The translations under genes and the position numbers were made by a program. Below the pieces are notes generated by a model that saw only the letters and a program-made list of their open reading frames with translations, searched no databases and was not told the DNA's origin. A stretch of 53,457 nt of DNA, the filler included, from Sphacelaria rigidula (taxonomy: Eukaryota), in NCBI GenBank assembly GCA_964200075.2. It is 4 parts of 4 records of this genome, joined end to end, with 100 filler letters (N's around TTAATTAATTAA, not from the genome) between each part and the next. Parts side by side here need not be neighbours in the genome. Positions count along the whole stretch, not along the records: positions 40,172 to 53,457 come from CAXNAA020002991.1; 3 more parts are not named here. The stretch is one strand, 5' to 3'. Below are positions 51,747 to 53,457 of the stretch, piece by piece (position 1 is the stretch's first letter; every line of letters begins with the position of its first letter).

Positions 51747-53457
51747 ATTGACGAAAGCTGCGCGTAAAAGCAACACCAACCGTTGCAGTTGATTTAGTCT
51801 CCTTGACAGTGTCGCATGATCGTGAGATGAGCTTTCTCATTTTACTCCTGTAGTCACTCCCGGCCATGATGCTGACTGGGGGAGAAGGAGTTGTGGGGTA
51901 GGTGTGTTTTTTCGCGATGGGAGATGGCCGGCGCAGGATCACGGGGTGATGCAAAACAGATGCAAATATGTGTTGCTTGTTGTTTTGCATACATGCAAAA
52001 TAAACCGTACGGAATACCTCGGACTGTTTTTTCGCGCCTTGCCGAGCGTTTAATTGAACATTTCCCATCGTGAGAAGTTTCTTGTATATCCCTTGGCACC
52101 GACTCCGCAGCTGTGCAGATTTCGTGATGAATCCGCACGTAGTGGAGGTGCCTCCCTGTCGTATCCGCACATGGATGAAGACCAATGACTTCCTGCCGTA
52201 TGCATCCTGTAAAAGGGCACGAAGAAGGTGCTGATTTTCTGCCTGTGTAGAGCACTACGTCTTGCCACAAGTCTCGTGTCCGTTGTCCCCCCAGGGATAA
52301 CTTCTGTTCGAAATATTCAAGTACCGCGTGTGACGACCTCCTGTCCCTCACTGCACCTGACATTACCCATCGGAAAGAACTCTGGGATCTATTGTACAAA
52401 AACGCGGAACACGTGACAGCCGAGTTCGAGAAACCAAAGCATTACCTCCCGTTACACAGCGTGCTCGCCGTCTATTGCTGCCGGGAGCTGATACAAAATA
52501 GGGGCCAAATGAGCTAACTCAACATCCCTCTCAGTTTTGAATTAACTAGATGATTGGTTGATTGTCGCACTCTGACTGACCCCTCGGGGGTGTCGTGGTC
52601 TCATATGACAGGTACCTGAAAAAGATGAGACTGAAACACACCCCAAGGAAGAGAAAAGGTACTGTACCCTTGTGATGAATAATATCACGGTAGCTCATGA
52701 GCTGTTCGACCTGTGGAACATTTGATACCGATACAAATCTCTCGCTAGCCGAATAACACTTGGTGACAGCCGTGTGTGACTCGTCATGATAATTTCGTGA
52801 GATGGGGCCTGGGATGCGATTGAGGGTGTGAAGAGGTCAATAAGTGGATGGAAACATTTTCTGTTCCGGAATGCCAATTCGCGGCTCACCCGAAGCAGGA
52901 TACGTCCACGGGAGTGGCTTGTCCCTGGAACCTCTTAAGAGTCCGACAGATGATTCGTCTGAAGATCACTTCATTTTGGCATAACGAGTCCACTGGTGAC
53001 GAATAAGTCCCAAGACTTTATTTCAGTGTTGCAACCCAGGTACACGCAGTCCAAACAAGGGATGGCGCAAAAGTTGCGTGGACAACCCTTGGACCAGCGA
53101 ACATCTTTTTCCTTTTCTGGCAATCAGGCCAAAGAAATCGTAGAGTTGGCGATTTCGGGTCGTGAGGATTTGTCCTACCCGTCGAACCTTTGATCCCTTG
53201 GGCTATCGACGGGTTTCAATCAATCATCGTTACAGGCGAAGAAAACGCACACAAAACGAAGATCGAGATTGAGGCGTAAAGATTACTCCCAACGGTGGAA
53301 TCTCTCATCTCCCGAAGGAGTGTTTCATGTGTTTCTCGTAGCTACAATGCTGGGGACGGAGCCCACCAACAAGGACACAAACAGCTGTGTTTTTGTGAGA
53401 TTGAGAGGGGATGATACGATTGAGAGTGGCTTTGATCATTCGCTTTAAGCGAGTCAT

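Overview
Intron-rich eukaryotic DNA, most likely from a brown alga or related photosynthetic stramenopile. This is an inference from the long TE-filled introns, a ciliary gene and a PsbQ-like gene. The window is not one locus: three identical 100-nt linkers (N44-TTAATTAATTAA-N44) join four segments of about 13.29 kb, so adjacency across them cannot be trusted. Segment 1 (1-13291) holds a foldback, a decayed Ty1/copia relic and a minus-strand gene with three RRMs and a long Q/P/G/Y-rich tail. Segment 2 (13392-26681) holds three exons of a divergent PsbQ-like gene that the ORF track does not join, buried in nested MITEs, a hAT element, tRNA-derived SINEs and a copia gag remnant. Segment 3 (26782-40071) holds the 3' part of a VPS13-family gene. 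Segment 4 (40172-53457) holds BBS9 (3' truncated) head-to-head with a complete RPS25 gene that has an ATG-only first coding exon and a GC-AG intron. Most six-frame ORFs are spurious. I found no convincing novel multi-gene system. The PsbQ-like gene, the RRM/low-complexity protein and the TE families are the best leads. All gene models were spliced by hand and no database searches were run.
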